Source: an uncultured Porphyromonadaceae bacterium (GTDB lineage: Bacteria > Bacteroidota > Bacteroidia > Bacteroidales > Muribaculaceae). From it: DNA of 64,000 nucleotides. Of this stretch, positions 43,801-51,776 are shown one piece after another; position 1 is the stretch's first letter; every line of letters begins with the position of its first letter. The position numbers and the translations under genes are program-made. The stretch covers positions 830-64,829 of the forward strand of contig CALBWF010000043.1 in assembly GCA_937969265.1 (NCBI GenBank), read 5' to 3'. Below the pieces are notes generated by a model. The model did no database searches. It was not told where the DNA came from and saw only the letters and a list, made by a program, of their open reading frames with translations.

Positions 43801-44647
43801 CATCTATAAGGCAATCAGAGGGGTATGCGATTTTGAAACCAGAACTGAATGGGTTACTTATTGAAGAAGGATATGCGCTCTTTTTAAGGCCGCTACAGCC
43901 GTAGAAAGCGTCGTCGCCGATGGAGGTTACGGAGTTGGGGATTACGACGGATGCCAGGGAGGAGCAGCCGTAGAAAGCGTCGTTGCCGATGGATGTTACG
44001 GAGTTGGGGATTTCTACGGAGGCCAGGGAGGCGCAGTTACGGAAAGCGTAGGAGCCGATGGAGGTGACAGAGTTAGGGATTGAGAGATTCTGAATCTTGC
44101 AGCCGTTGTACAGGAAGTAATCGGGAATCTTGGTGACATTGTCGCCAATCGTCAGGGAAGAGATAGACGAGGGGAAAGCGGGATAATAAGAAGAGCCGCA
44201 AGTTGCGCAGTTTGTAGCATTGAAAGCGAGGGATTCGAGGGAGGAGCAGCCGTAGAAAGCGTAGTTGCCGATGGATGTTACGGAGTTGGGGATTTCTACG
44301 GATGTGAGGGATGAGCAGTAGTAGAAAGCGTCGTTGCCGATGGATGTCACGGAGTTGGGGATTACGACGGAGGCCAGGGAGGCGCAGTATCTGAAAGCGT
44401 CGTGGCCGATGAAGGTTACGGCGTAGGTTTTGCCGTTATATTCAACTGAAGATGGGATTATGACAGAGCCGCTATATTCATTTGAGTATGAGTTATAAGA
44501 GCTGCCGCGAAAAGTTACGGCGGCGGTGTTGTCGGATGAGGAGGTGATGTCGTAGTAGATGCCGTCGACTTCGAAGTCGTGGGGGGAGGCGGCGAGGGTG
44601 GCGGTGAGGGCGAAGGGGAGGAGGAGTTTTCGCAAGAGGGGTGACAT
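40820..44647 (-). CDS. BspA-type leucine-rich-repeat surface protein with Big_2-like domain and T9SS C-terminal sorting domain (1275 aa)
   Basis: Start set at MSPLLRKLLLPFALTATLAASP (signal peptide). Dozens of IPNSVTSIG..AF..C.SL repeats. Big_2-like LNATEAEVNVGSTLQLSATILPANATNQALVWESSDVSVADV. CTD ending LYIVRAANRAWKVRF. Confidence 0.88.
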   Translation of the reverse strand: MSPLLRKLLLPFALTATLAASPHDFEVDGIYYDITSSSDNTAAVTFRGSSYNSYSNEYSGSVIIPSSVEYNGKTYAVTFIGHDAFRYCASLASVVIPNSVTSIGNDAFYYCSSLTSVEIPNSVTSIGNYAFYGCSSLESLAFNATNCATCGSSYYPAFPSSISSLTIGDNVTKIPDYFLYNGCKIQNLSIPNSVTSIGSYAFRNCASLASVEIPNSVTSIGNDAFYGCSSLASVVIPNSVTSIGDDAFYGCSGLKKSAYPSSISNPFSSGFKIAYPSDCLIDEAGVIYDKDITKVYYAPMTLSDGYTIPNTITSIGFGAFAHCTSLASVVIPNAVTSIGKSAFLGCFSLASVEIPNAVTSIGDYAFDGCSSLTSVVIPNAVTSIGGYAFRDCSSLESLAFNATNCATCGSSYYPAFPSSISSLTIGDNVTKIPDYFLYNGSKIQGLTIPNSVTSIGERSFYENRLKSVTFGSGLLSIGSYAFTSNNHRIAKAFWLGNTPPSGYGEVNAYVNYVSNDQYNLNNQIKYQFLSSKFTVDGTIYVPVSPSERTCDVVDCLYNPTYTTPVISDKVTNKGIEMTVNNIRQYSFYNNSNIESLTLSNIGFVGSYAFYNCGHLTSLTASNKGDIGNDAFRNCSKILTANVSNNGNIGEDVFQGCESLQTVTLANNGSIGSSAFYGCTALQTATIKNTGNIGNSSFYGCTSLQTATIENKGNIGECAFYNDKALNQVKLGNEVTGISENAFYGCSAIPEIVIPNSVTSLGASAFQGCSALKSATLGAGFPSLPTKVFSGCSSLESISIPNNVTSISDYAFEGCSSLSDISIEDDDKEAPEIEEPTNIQYPDWTSSNHADNSESHQEYLLDAKAGAVLTFNYSVDSESGYDFFIAKINGSEAIKASGKKSDSFRYQFSEAGQITLYLSYTKDSSSNSGQDRVVVSDIWLKGASSINTAYITLGSNGSSPLFADCPLDEVYIGRKLSYKTGSNYGYSPFYRNTSLRTVEITDAETEIYDNEFYGCSGLNSLKIGNGVKKIGKWAFSGCSSLDYFSAGYNVESIGDEAFSDCTGLTKYYSYSIVPPVCGNQALDDINKWECALYVPAESSDEYRAAPQWKDFFFVEEMSAVLVAAIELNATEAEVNVGSTLQLSATILPANATNQALVWESSDVSVADVDGDGLVTGLKEGTATITVRSADGNAEATCVLTVKDMSGIDTVNAPSAYTLVKTPDGYIVRNACGARIEVYSADGRMVYLAPSYTEEEIALPAGLYIVRAANRAWKVRF
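43316..43475 (-). repeat. Intragenic ~159-bp direct repeat, copy 2
   Basis: Differs from 44090..44249 at a single position. Confidence 0.9.
44090..44249 (-). repeat. Intragenic ~159-bp direct repeat, copy 1
   Basis: See 43316..43475. The offset of 774 bp is in frame. Confidence 0.9.
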
Positions 44648-45057
44648 TGGGTTGGTTCGGTGCCGCGGGACTCCTCTCGTTGGCGTTGGGGGTTGGAGAC
44701 GGAAAGACGTGGGAGTCTGTACTGCTGCCGTCCCACCGTCAGAGGCTTCTCGCATTGCCTATACCCGTCGGACGGCAACGCCAGAAGCCCACGCCAGTAT
44801 ATGCAACGGACGCTTGCGGCGGGTTCCTCACGAAACGGGCCGCGGCGGATGTTACACACCAACGGGCATCTACCGTTGCTCAATCCTTGACGGGCTGGGA
44901 AATTTTGCGAGAATTTCTGACGGTCAAGAACTAAGCGTTAGTAACGCCTTTCATATTTGCCGCGGCGGGGGCGCAGGGCCTCCGGGCGGTTGTCGCATCC
45001 CTCCCGCTCGCCCACACCGAACTAACTGGCGCGGGGCGGCGTTGCGGTCTGCGTCGG

Positions 45058-45065
45058 CAAAGTTA
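45058..45065 (-). promoter_or_regulatory. Bacteroidota -7 promoter box TAACTTTG (minus strand)
   Basis: The only exact TAnnTTTG match I found upstream of the LRR gene. Implies a ~400-nt leader. Confidence 0.4.
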
Positions 45066-45130
45066 ATAATTCTGAATGACTTATCCAAATGCGTGTTGGT
45101 CATTACAACGGAACCGAATCCATCTTTTAT

Positions 45131-45190
45131 GTAATCCGTGTTAATCTGTCGCATCCGTGGGGAGCTTGCGACCATAAAAATCTGTGTGTC
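45131..45190 (-). repeat. Repeat R1, truncated inverted copy B'
   Basis: The reverse complement equals the first 43 nt of copy B exactly, then continues imperfectly. Confidence 0.9.
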
Positions 45191-45194
45191 AACC

Positions 45195-45310
45195 ATTTTT
45201 ATTACGCGACCTCTCCGAGGCCGTTTTCATCCACGACCAACAAACACCGCACCTTCGCGGCTTCGCCGCTCGATACGGTGCTACAATTACGCCGCGGCTT
45301 CGCCGCTCCG
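45195..45310 (-). repeat. Structured repeat X, copy B (inverted relative to copy A)
   Basis: Block-wise homology to 40465..40580 after reverse complementing. Confidence 0.8.
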
Positions 45311-45336
45311 AAATATAGGGGATTGGATGCGTCTGA

Positions 45337-45553
45337 CACACAGATTTTTATGGTCGCAAGCTCCCCACGGATGCGACGGATAAACACTGATCTTTGAGAG
45401 GGATGCTTTCTACCACGGTCCCGCACCCTACGGGCGCTCCTCTCTGGGTCTGCCACTTCCACCGCGCCTCGCCTCTCCGAGGCTCGACACGGTGTTACTC
45501 ACGGACACGCACCCTCCGGGCGCTCCATACGGATGCGGCAGATATACACGGAT
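45337..45553 (+). repeat. Repeat R1, copy B (with internal ~85-nt duplication/insertion)
   Basis: CACACAGATTTTTATGGTCGC and CTCCCCACGGATGCGACGGATAAACAC are identical to copy A. GCACCCT(A/C)CGGGCGCTCC occurs twice. Confidence 0.9.
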
Positions 45554-45573
45554 TTAGGGAGGCTGCACCTCCA

Positions 45574-45654
45574 TCTTTCACATTCTCCTTCACTCTTCAC
45601 TCTTCACCCTTCATTATTCACTATTCACTTCACCTTTCACCCTTCACTTTTCAC
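45574..45654 (-). repeat. Degenerate heptad array GTGAANN (about 11 units, minus-strand reading)
   Basis: Minus strand GTGAAAAGTGAAGGGTGAAAGGTGAAGTGAATAGTGAATAATGAAGGGTGAAGAGTGAAGAGTGAAGG... Confidence 0.9.
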
Positions 45655-45676
45655 GGCATGACTGACGCGGGACGCG

Positions 45677-46594
45677 TCAGTTGTGGCGGGTGAGGATGCC
45701 GTCTTCGAAGATGAGGTAGCGGCCGTCGGGGTAGGACCAGCGCTCGTAGGCGGTGGAGTGGGAGCGGCCGCGGTCGATTTCGGAAGTGGGGCCGAGGGCG
45801 AGGCGCGCCTCGGTGCGGGTCATGCCGTTCGTGATTCGCGAATCGCAAATCAGGGCCCAGTGCTCGTCGGAGATTTCGGGATAGCGGCGGCGCGGGTCGG
45901 TGAAGGAGAATAGGGAGTCGAAGCTGCGGGAGGTCGCGGCGCCTGGGCTCATCAGCAGCTCGCCCCGCTCTCCGTCGGCCGCGGCGAAACGAACGCGGAG
46001 GGGGTGGGTGGCGTTGCCGGGGAGGACGGCCTCGATTGTGACGGGGATGAATTTGCGGCCGCGGGTATATGACTCTTCCGCGGGGTTGTTCCATAGGTTT
46101 GTGCGGAGGTAGACGCGGCGTCCGGCGAGGGCTTTGTCGACGTTGTCGACAAACCGGGAATCAATAAGAAAGGGGATTTCGGGGGGCGCGGGGCGCTCGA
46201 GGAGCGTCGGCAGGGGGATGGAGGAGGTGTTGACGAGGGTGTCACCCGCGGGGTTCGCGAAGAGGAATTCCGCGACCGAGTCGCCGAGGACCCACACGCG
46301 TTCCCTCGCGCCGAGGTAGCGCAGTTCCGTTCCCGAGGCTATTGTCGGGGAGCCGGCGAACCCTTTCCCGGCCTGCGGACCGGCGGCGGTGAAGAGGTCG
46401 CCCGGATGCCACTGCCGCAGGGGCCTGGGTGCGAATGTTTCGGCGAGGCGCTGTTCCTCCGAGACCGCGGCGTTCTGCTTCTCGACCTCTTTATAGGTGA
46501 TTTTCGGGGTCGATTCAACGCCGGTAAAGCACCCGGCGAGGAGTATCGCGGGCGCGGCGAGGATGAGTATATGTCTGAGGAAGCGCTTTGTCAT
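45677..46594 (-). CDS. Hypothetical lipoprotein (305 aa)
   Basis: Start set at MTKRFLRHILILAAPAILLAGC (lipobox). ATGA overlap with the upstream small gene. Confidence 0.75.
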   Translation of the reverse strand: MTKRFLRHILILAAPAILLAGCFTGVESTPKITYKEVEKQNAAVSEEQRLAETFAPRPLRQWHPGDLFTAAGPQAGKGFAGSPTIASGTELRYLGARERVWVLGDSVAEFLFANPAGDTLVNTSSIPLPTLLERPAPPEIPFLIDSRFVDNVDKALAGRRVYLRTNLWNNPAEESYTRGRKFIPVTIEAVLPGNATHPLRVRFAAADGERGELLMSPGAATSRSFDSLFSFTDPRRRYPEISDEHWALICDSRITNGMTRTEARLALGPTSEIDRGRSHSTAYERWSYPDGRYLIFEDGILTRHN

Positions 46595-46800
46595 TTCTTT
46601 TCGCGGCGGCGCTGCGCGCGGAGGAGGTTGAGGCGCAGAAGCCAGATGCAGAGCAGGGTTACGGCTATCCCGCCGAAATAGAGGGTCGCGGAGATGCCTC
46701 CGGCGCGGTAGTTGGTCCATCCGAGGACGGCCATCACCACGAGGTAGATCAGGAGGAGGGCCGGGATGATTACCGGGCGTGTCAGAAATCGGTTTTTCAT
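46591..46800 (-). CDS. Small two-TM membrane protein (69 aa)
   Basis: Two hydrophobic helices and a basic tail. ATGA overlaps on both sides suggest translational coupling. Confidence 0.6.
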   Translation of the reverse strand: MKNRFLTRPVIIPALLLIYLVVMAVLGWTNYRAGGISATLYFGGIAVTLLCIWLLRLNLLRAQRRREKK

Positions 46801-47645
46801 ACGGCTGCGGGTTCCTGGTTTTCTCCTTCCGCCTTGTCGTTCCCCTTTTTCCGGGGGCGGCGTGCCGCGGGTCTGCGGGGGGAGGTTTTGCGGGGCTTAC
46901 GGGCGGCTTTCTTTTTCTCCGGGGCGGGTTTCGGCGCTTTCGGGCGGGGCGGGTTTTCTTCGACCGTCACGGAGCCGTCGTCGTGGGTCTCGACGTGTAT
47001 CCCGACGCTACGCTGGAGCGCTTCGGCGGTCTCGTCGTCGATGCTGTAAGGGCACTCGTCGGGGTTGAATCCCCCGGCCACGAGGTGGTTATAGAGCTTC
47101 AGGCAGGCCCAGGCGTCGAGGGCGGCGTAGCTCTGCTGCGAGGGGGTAAGGGTCGGAGCTTCCCAGTTGGTGAGCCTCTGCGACTTGGAGATTTTCTCGT
47201 TGAAGACGAGGCCGTAGATTTTCTGGAGGCTGTTGTCGGCAATCCGGAACTGCTTTACGAAAGTCTGCAGTTCGACGAATCCCCGCGGGTTGAACCCCTT
47301 GAACTCCGGGAGCCGGGCGAGGGAGTGGAAGTCGTCCTTAACGGAGAGTCCGATTTTCTGTATCGCGGGATTCTCGAACAGCTCGACAAGCCCCTGGAGC
47401 GAACCCAACTGCTTGAGGCGGAAGAGGAAACACTCGTCGAAGGTCGAGAGCTGCACGAGCGAGACCTTGTAGCGCTGGTCTTTGCGGAAGCTGGGACGCG
47501 TCTCCGTGTCGAAGCCGATCTGGGTCAGCTTGTTCAGGTAGATGAGGGCGTCGCGGGCCTTTGCCGCGGAATCGACAAGCACCACCTTCCCCGGGAAACG
47601 TATCTCGGGGAACTCGGCGAGCTGTTCTTTTGAAATTCCTAACAT
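46797..47645 (-). CDS. 3'-5' exonuclease domain protein (RNase D/DEDDy-like) with basic C-terminal tail
   Basis: ExoI motif IGFDTETRP, further DEDD-family blocks, and a Lys/Arg/Pro-rich tail. Confidence 0.85.
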   Translation of the reverse strand: MLGISKEQLAEFPEIRFPGKVVLVDSAAKARDALIYLNKLTQIGFDTETRPSFRKDQRYKVSLVQLSTFDECFLFRLKQLGSLQGLVELFENPAIQKIGLSVKDDFHSLARLPEFKGFNPRGFVELQTFVKQFRIADNSLQKIYGLVFNEKISKSQRLTNWEAPTLTPSQQSYAALDAWACLKLYNHLVAGGFNPDECPYSIDDETAEALQRSVGIHVETHDDGSVTVEENPPRPKAPKPAPEKKKAARKPRKTSPRRPAARRPRKKGNDKAEGENQEPAAV

Positions 47646-47671
47646 AGGCGCGAAATTACGAATTTTTTCTC

Positions 47672-47679
47672 TAAATTTG
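47672..47679 (+). promoter_or_regulatory. Bacteroidota -7 promoter box TAAATTTG
   Basis: Exact consensus 21 nt upstream of the tcdA ATG. Confidence 0.5.
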
Positions 47680-47699
47680 TCTGTAAGTTAGTCAACATT

Positions 47700-48476
47700 A
47701 TGAAAGAAGTATTAGACCGGGGGGAGATATTCAACCGCACGGAGCGGCTGCTCGGCGGCGAGGCGCTGTCGCGGCTGCGGGAGGCCCGCGTCGCCGTGTT
47801 CGGAATCGGCGGGGTAGGGAGCTGGGCCGCCGAGGCGCTGGCGCGCACGGGGGTCGGGGCGATGACGCTTGTCGACGCCGACCGCGTGAGCGTTACCAAT
47901 ATCAACCGCCAGGCTCCGGCTACGACCGCAACCGTAGGGATGCCGAAGGTGGAGGTCATGGGGCGCCGACTGCTGGAAATAAATCCGTCGCTTAAGCTCG
48001 AGCTTGTCGACGGGCGCTATACGGCTGAGACCGCCGACGGCTTCGACCTCGGCGCGTACGATGCGGTTATCGACGCGATTGATTCCCTGGCGGACAAGGC
48101 GCTGCTGATTCTGCGGGCCACGGAGGCCGCCGCCCGCAGCGAAGAGCGTCCTCGGAGGCCGCTGTTCGTCAGCTCGATGGGGGCGGCTCTGAAGCTCGAC
48201 CCGACGAAGATTTCGGTTGCGGAGTTCTGGAAGGTCAGCGGGTGCCCGCTTGCCGCGGCGCTGCGGCGCAGGTTCAAAAAGAGCGGCGCGATGCCGGCCC
48301 GTAAGTTCCAGTGCGTCTACTCCCCGGAGCTGCTCTCCAACCGGGGGAAGGCGTTGGCCGACGACCCCTCCATGAGCTACGGAAAGGTTGCTGTCAACGG
48401 CTCCCTCTGTCATATCACCGCCATCTTCGGGATGATACTGGCGGGGCTGGTCATTGAAGGGCTTATTAAGGATTGA
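47700..48476 (+). CDS. tcdA: tRNA cyclic t6A37 synthase (threonylcarbamoyladenosine dehydratase) TcdA, ThiF family
   Basis: Rossmann motif VAVFGIGGVGSWAAEALARTGVG, then LVDADRVSVTNINRQ. Confidence 0.88.
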   Translation: MKEVLDRGEIFNRTERLLGGEALSRLREARVAVFGIGGVGSWAAEALARTGVGAMTLVDADRVSVTNINRQAPATTATVGMPKVEVMGRRLLEINPSLKLELVDGRYTAETADGFDLGAYDAVIDAIDSLADKALLILRATEAAARSEERPRRPLFVSSMGAALKLDPTKISVAEFWKVSGCPLAAALRRRFKKSGAMPARKFQCVYSPELLSNRGKALADDPSMSYGKVAVNGSLCHITAIFGMILAGLVIEGLIKD

Positions 48477-48607
48477 CAGGGGATTTGCCCGGCTTACGCC
48501 TCGCCACAGTCAGGACTGCTGTATTGTAGCTGATATGATTGAAGCTATGCTAATTGTTAAGGATTAAGGGGGGGGTGACGGAAGAAATATTTTTAATCCG
48601 TTGTGAA

Positions 48608-48615
48608 TAAATTTG
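48608..48615 (+). promoter_or_regulatory. Bacteroidota -7 promoter box TAAATTTG
   Basis: Exact consensus 93 nt upstream of the ATG at 48708. Confidence 0.45.
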
Positions 48616-48707
48616 CATTTGTCAAATCGAGGCGCTATATTCGCGGATGAAAGGCAACAGCCCTTATATCAAACAACCGAAATTGATAATGTAATCTATA
48701 TAGGTTT

Positions 48708-50177
48708 ATGAAATTCATCGCTGTATTTATGCTCGGCCTGGCCGCTTTGGTGGCGCGGGGAGAGGAGCCGCGAGCCGTAGTGGCGCGGGTCGCGGAGGCG
48801 GGGACGCTTGCCGAAGCTGTCGGCGACAGGCTCGGCAGTCTGGACTCCCTGGTTGTAGAGGGGCCGGTGAACGGAGCGGACTTCGACACGATGTGGCGCC
48901 TCGCTATGGAGGGTAAGATTGTGGCGCTCAATCTTGAAAAGGCTGTCGTGGAGGGTGGCAAGGTGCCTGACAGGGCATTCCGTCGTTCCGAGCAGACGAT
49001 TGACGGGGTGTTCCATATTCTCCCCATTCGGTCGGTGGTGCTGGGCGAGAGCGTTGAGGAGATAGGTGATTTCGCTTTCGCTGAAAATTATGATTTGAAA
49101 TACCTGACGCTCCCGGCTTCGTTGCGCAAGCTCGGCAACAGCTCGTTTTGCTACACTATGATTCGGCGGTTGGAGCTGCCGGAGGGTGTTAAAGAGATTC
49201 CTGAATGGTGTTTTGGCGGTTGCTCGATGCTTACGGAGGCGCGGCTTCCCGAGTCGCTCGAAAAAATCGGTCGGTGCGCGTTTCAGGGAGATGTCCGTCT
49301 GACGACTGTCGAGATACCCGACGGGCTTGTCGAAATGGGCGACGGCGCTTTTTTCGATTGCCGCCTGTCGAGTGTGGAGCTACCGGCGGGATGCGCCGGG
49401 ATTTTCGGCGAGTATGTGTTTCGGTCGAATTTCGAGCTGACGCGGCTCGTTTTGCCGGAGGGGATGCGCGTTGTTCCCGCGGAGACAGCATATAGCGCCA
49501 TAAGTCTTTCTGAGCTGACATTGCCCGCGAGCGTGTCGAATATCGAAAAGGAAGCGTTCTGGGGTTGCCAGTCCCTCAGACGCATTGAATTTCCCGAGGG
49601 GTTGGAGGCGGTCCAGGAGGCTGCTTTCGCGGGGTGTATCGGTATGGATGAGATTGTTTTTCCGTCTACCACCAAATACCTCGGCCAGCGCAGTTTCTTC
49701 AATCTCCAGTCACTTAAACGAATTTATTGCAAGGCGGTAACGCCTCCGTGGGGCGCTCCCGACTATGTAAATGGCGCGGATGTCGTTCCCGGATCTCAGA
49801 CGGAGGGCGTTTTCGGCCTGGCGTCCGGGAGCGGTTCATCTACGCCGAGGAATGTCGAGATATTTGTCCCCATAGGGAGCGCAGACGCGTATCGTTCGGC
49901 CTGGGGTTGGAACTACTTCACCAACTTTATTGAGACGGATTTCGACCCGGCGGGTGTTGAGCCGGTTAGCGGCGGGAGCGGCAGAACTATCGCCAGGGTT
50001 GACGGCAATACAATCGTCATTGAGGCGGAGGGCGCTTCGGAGTATTGCGTTTATTCCGCTGACGGCGCTTTCGTGGTTGCCGGAAAGGTTTCCGATGAGG
50101 CTGTAAGAATCACTGTCACGGCAGGAGTGTATATTGTCCGGGCGGGGATATCGGTTTCTAAGTTGATAATGCCTTAA
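48708..50177 (+). CDS. BspA-type leucine-rich-repeat protein with T9SS C-terminal sorting domain (489 aa)
   Basis: Signal peptide. Repeats of the type IGDFAF..C..L..L.LP. CTD ending VYIVRAGISVSKLIMP. Confidence 0.85.
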   Translation: MKFIAVFMLGLAALVARGEEPRAVVARVAEAGTLAEAVGDRLGSLDSLVVEGPVNGADFDTMWRLAMEGKIVALNLEKAVVEGGKVPDRAFRRSEQTIDGVFHILPIRSVVLGESVEEIGDFAFAENYDLKYLTLPASLRKLGNSSFCYTMIRRLELPEGVKEIPEWCFGGCSMLTEARLPESLEKIGRCAFQGDVRLTTVEIPDGLVEMGDGAFFDCRLSSVELPAGCAGIFGEYVFRSNFELTRLVLPEGMRVVPAETAYSAISLSELTLPASVSNIEKEAFWGCQSLRRIEFPEGLEAVQEAAFAGCIGMDEIVFPSTTKYLGQRSFFNLQSLKRIYCKAVTPPWGAPDYVNGADVVPGSQTEGVFGLASGSGSSTPRNVEIFVPIGSADAYRSAWGWNYFTNFIETDFDPAGVEPVSGGSGRTIARVDGNTIVIEAEGASEYCVYSADGAFVVAGKVSDEAVRITVTAGVYIVRAGISVSKLIMP

Positions 50178-50204
50178 CGCTTAGGAGTATACATGGAAAA
50201 GGCA

Positions 50205-50240
50205 GGTGGCGCGCCGACGGATCTGTCGGCGCGCCACCTT
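50205..50240. terminator. Bidirectional terminator between convergent genes
   Basis: Perfect 15-bp stem AGGTGGCGCGCCGAC / GTCGGCGCGCCACCT followed by TTT. Confidence 0.7.
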
Positions 50241-50265
50241 TGTAATTTCGATTCAGGGGCGGGGT

Positions 50266-50481
50266 TCAGCCCTGGACGAGGGTGAAGAGGAACTCTTTCT
50301 CGTCGTCGGGGTTGGTCTGGATGGAGACTTTGCCTTCGCGGGCGAGCCAGCCGATAGCTGCGAACACTTCCTTGTCTTTGAGCTTTGTTTCTTTCTTGAG
50401 CTGTTTGAGGCCGAGCACGTCAGCGGTCGAAAGCGCGTTCCATACGAGGCCGGCCCATTCGCCGATTGTTTCTACGTTCAT
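50266..50481 (-). CDS. Small winged-helix domain protein (DUF2582-like, 71 aa)
   Basis: Sequence IGEWAGLVWNAL....LGLKQLKKETKLKDKEVFAAIGWLAREGKV typical of this small wHTH family. Confidence 0.75.
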   Translation of the reverse strand: MNVETIGEWAGLVWNALSTADVLGLKQLKKETKLKDKEVFAAIGWLAREGKVSIQTNPDDEKEFLFTLVQG

Positions 50482-50561
50482 AGTCGAGATATTGATTAAT
50501 AGTTAGACATTTCAAAAAAATTGGAGTCTGTCAAAAAACTTATCCAACGCTTATTCGTCTG

Positions 50562-50569
50562 CAAAGATA
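50562..50569 (-). promoter_or_regulatory. Bacteroidota -7 promoter box TATCTTTG (minus strand)
   Basis: TAnnTTTG match about 80 nt upstream of the wHTH gene. Confidence 0.4.
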
Positions 50570-50758
50570 GTTAAAATTTTGATATTTGCGCAACTAAGCC
50601 GCGTTTTCCGCATTTTCTTCACGCTCCTTATACCGTAAAACAAAGGACAATAAGCTGGGGTTCAAAGAATTAACAAAAATTTGCAAAACCAACTTTTTCT
50701 TCCCGGTGTTTTGGAGGAAACACCCTAAAAGTCGTAACTTTACGCCAAATTACCTGAA

Positions 50759-51757
50759 ATGGCCAAGAAACAGAGCCGAAAAAACGCCGCCGCGCCGGAG
50801 ATAGGGCGCTTCAAGGGCCTGGTTGTCAAAAACACCGGGGCCTGGTACACCGTGCTCCCCGACGGCGAGGAGCACGGCTCTCCGACTGTCAACTGCAAAA
50901 TCAAGGGGGCCTTCCGCCTCAGGGGAATCCGGACCACGAACCCCGTCGCGGTCGGCGACCGCGTCGCGGTTGCCCGCGCGGCGGACGGTAGCGCCTGGGT
51001 GACAGACATCGAACAGCGCTCCAATTATATAATACGCCGGGCCTCGAACCTCTCCAAGGAGGCGAGCATCCTGGCGGCGAACCTCGACCAGGCGGTGCTG
51101 GTCGCGACCCTGCTGCATCCTACAACCTCCACTACCTTCATCGACCGCTTCCTGGCGACGGCCGAGGCGTACCGGGTGCCGGCAATCCTGGCGCTCAACA
51201 AGGTAGACCTGTTGGAGTCGGAGGAGGACCGGGAGCTGCTGGAGGGTGTCGAAAACCTCTATACTTCGATAGGCTATCGGGTAATCCCTCTGTCGGCCCG
51301 CACGGGAGAGGGGCTTGACGCGCTCCGCGAAGCGCTCGCGGGAAAGATTTCCCTTTTCAGTGGCAATTCGGGTGTCGGAAAGTCAACCCTCATAAACGAG
51401 CTGATTCCGGGGCTCGACCTGCGCACGGCGGAAATATCCGACATCCACGACCAGGGGATGCATACGACAACCTTTTCCGAAATGTTTCCGCTACCGGGCG
51501 GAGGATGGATTATCGACACCCCCGGGGTGCGCGGCTTCGGCACGATCGAGATGAACCCTAAGGAGGTAAGCCACTACTTCCCGGAGATATTCGCGGCCTC
51601 GGCGGGATGCCGCTACGGCGACTGCTCCCATACGATCGAACCCGGGTGCGCCGTGCTCGAAGCGCTACGCGACCACCGGATTGCCCATTCGCGCTACGCG
51701 TCGTACATGAGTATCCTGGCCGACGCCGCCCCCGACAAATACAGAAAACCATTCTAA
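50759..51757 (+). CDS. rsgA: Ribosome small-subunit-dependent GTPase A
   Basis: Circularly permuted GTPase (LNKVDLL before [12 protein letters not shown]) and Zn knuckle [16 protein letters not shown]. Confidence 0.93.
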   Translation: MAKKQSRKNAAAPEIGRFKGLVVKNTGAWYTVLPDGEEHGSPTVNCKIKGAFRLRGIRTTNPVAVGDRVAVARAADGSAWVTDIEQRSNYIIRRASNLSKEASILAANLDQAVLVATLLHPTTSTTFIDRFLATAEAYRVPAILALNKVDLLESEEDRELLEGVENLYTSIGYRVIPLSARTGEGLDALREALAGKISLFSGNSGVGKSTLINELIPGLDLRTAEISDIHDQGMHTTTFSEMFPLPGGGWIIDTPGVRGFGTIEMNPKEVSHYFPEIFAASAGCRYGDCSHTIEPGCAVLEALRDHRIAHSRYASYMSILADAAPDKYRKPF

Positions 51758-51776
51758 CCAACACCCCCCTGCCGTT

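Noticed and set aside
43316-44249. Diversity-generating retroelement (TR/VR) interpretation of the two 159-bp repeats in the LRR gene
   Set aside because: No reverse transcriptase is in the window. Both copies are coding and in frame, and the single difference is not part of an adenine-specific substitution pattern.
44648-44755. Upstream extensions of ORFs 40820..44755 and 45677..46720 (and 36880..37866)
   Set aside because: The extensions are Pro/Arg-rich and precede obvious signal or lipoprotein peptides (MSPLLRKLLLPF..., MTKRFLRHILILAAPAILLAGC, MRFSQLRNKLL...). The internal ATGs are the more plausible starts, and for 46594 an ATGA overlap supports it.
45131-45392. Invertible-promoter (phase-variation shufflon) interpretation of the inverted R1 copies upstream of the LRR gene
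   Set aside because: No TAnnTTTG promoter box lies inside the 144-bp segment in either orientation, the consensus box lies outside it (45058..45065), and no recombinase gene is nearby. It is kept only as a MITE/foldback observation.
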